A stretch of 64,000 bases of DNA. Origin: Vicugna vicugna (Eukaryota). Numbering within the stretch: position 1 is the first letter of the stretch; every line of letters begins with the position of its first letter. The position numbers were made by a program, and so were the translations under genes. The notes beneath the pieces are model-generated. The model made no database searches, had not been told where the DNA came from, and saw only the letters and a list, made by a program, of their open reading frames with translations. This document shows positions 63,114 through 64,000 of this stretch, one piece after another. Location of the stretch: NCBI GenBank assembly GCA_013265495.1, contig MU058781.1, forward strand, positions 8,413,009-8,477,008, read 5' to 3'.

Positions 63114-63197
63114 GCGTGTGCGTGCACGCATGCATCTGTGTGTGTGTGTGTGTGTGCGCGCGCGCATGTGTGTGTGCGCGTGCCCGCATGCGCGCAC
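63114..63197. repeat. (TG)n/(CG)n alternating purine-pyrimidine tract
   Basis: GCGTGTGCGTGCACGCATGCATC(TG)n(CG)nCATGTGTGTGTGCGCGTGCCCGCATGCGCGCAC. Confidence 0.85.
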
Positions 63198-64000
63198 AAA
63201 CCCACTTAACTGTCTAGAAGTCAGTATTTATGGAATGATAGTTATTGGACTGGAACCTATCATATCTCTTTTGATAGCCAGGTGGGAACTGTTTTTTAAA
63301 GCATTTTATTCATGTGTGGTTGGGACATATGGATACACTCATAGCGTAAGGCAAAGCTATTAATGAGATACGCAAGGTGTCAGTATTCGTATTAATGATA
63401 ACATTGGGCAGAGTTATCTCTGGCTTTCCAGATTTCGGGTGGGTGTTAGCTGTCACTGTTGGGGTTCTCACATTCTATTTTCTCTTCCTCAGATATCGGG
63501 AGCAATTGGAATTGGTTGAATTGAGCTATATAGTTGAAAGCATTGCAGGAAGATAGAAGGATCATTCTATAATTTTTAAAGTGTGTTATGCTGACTCACA
63601 ACACCAAAAAGTGATTTCAGAAACACCCCCAGGGCCTAAGAAATCTCAGTTTATCTATTTATCTAGAAACATTAGTCCTTGGAAATAAAAATATAAAAAG
63701 CCAACTCTTGTTCTTAGCTCGCTAATAGACTGTTGACCACCTCAGAAAAACTTACTGTTCATCACCTCACTTCAGACCATAGAGTAGGGAGATTACTTCA
63801 TTGTGCTGACCAGAAGATTTTGCAATATTCTCAGCTATTAGTAGAAAACCAAACCAGTGTTTTAAGTTATCTCGAATTTCAGTGCCAAACTTCTGATTAT
63901 TCCACCTTTATCTTTGTTAGAAAATAAAATGAGTCTTGCCCAGTTTCTTCTAGTGTCTTGTCTCTAATAGGCTTTCCCTTGGAGTTATGGGGACATTTAT

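Overview
This is mammalian genomic DNA, probably camelid: it carries three Vic-1-like tRNA-derived SINEs and cetartiodactyl-type L1 3' ends. The window holds the 5' part of the E2F3 gene on the + strand. A CpG-island promoter leads into E2F3a exon 1a (CDS 6455-6850) and the alternative E2F3b exon 1b (MPLQQQ, 8047-8064). A ~52-53 kb repeat-rich first intron follows, then exons 2-4 (59983-60094, 61330-61549, 62842-63000), which encode the NLS/cyclin-binding motif, the DNA-binding domain and the dimerisation heptads. Exon 4 ends at a U12-type (minor spliceosome) ATATCCTT donor, and the remaining exons lie beyond the window. I found no prokaryotic-type system and no clearly new gene. The best leads are regulatory: the AT-AC intron, an orphan intronic CpG island with splice donors at ~31 kb, an A-rich 5'UTR with three AATAAA hexamers, and a 5'-inverted L1. 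Repeat family names were assigned by eye and their boundaries are approximate.
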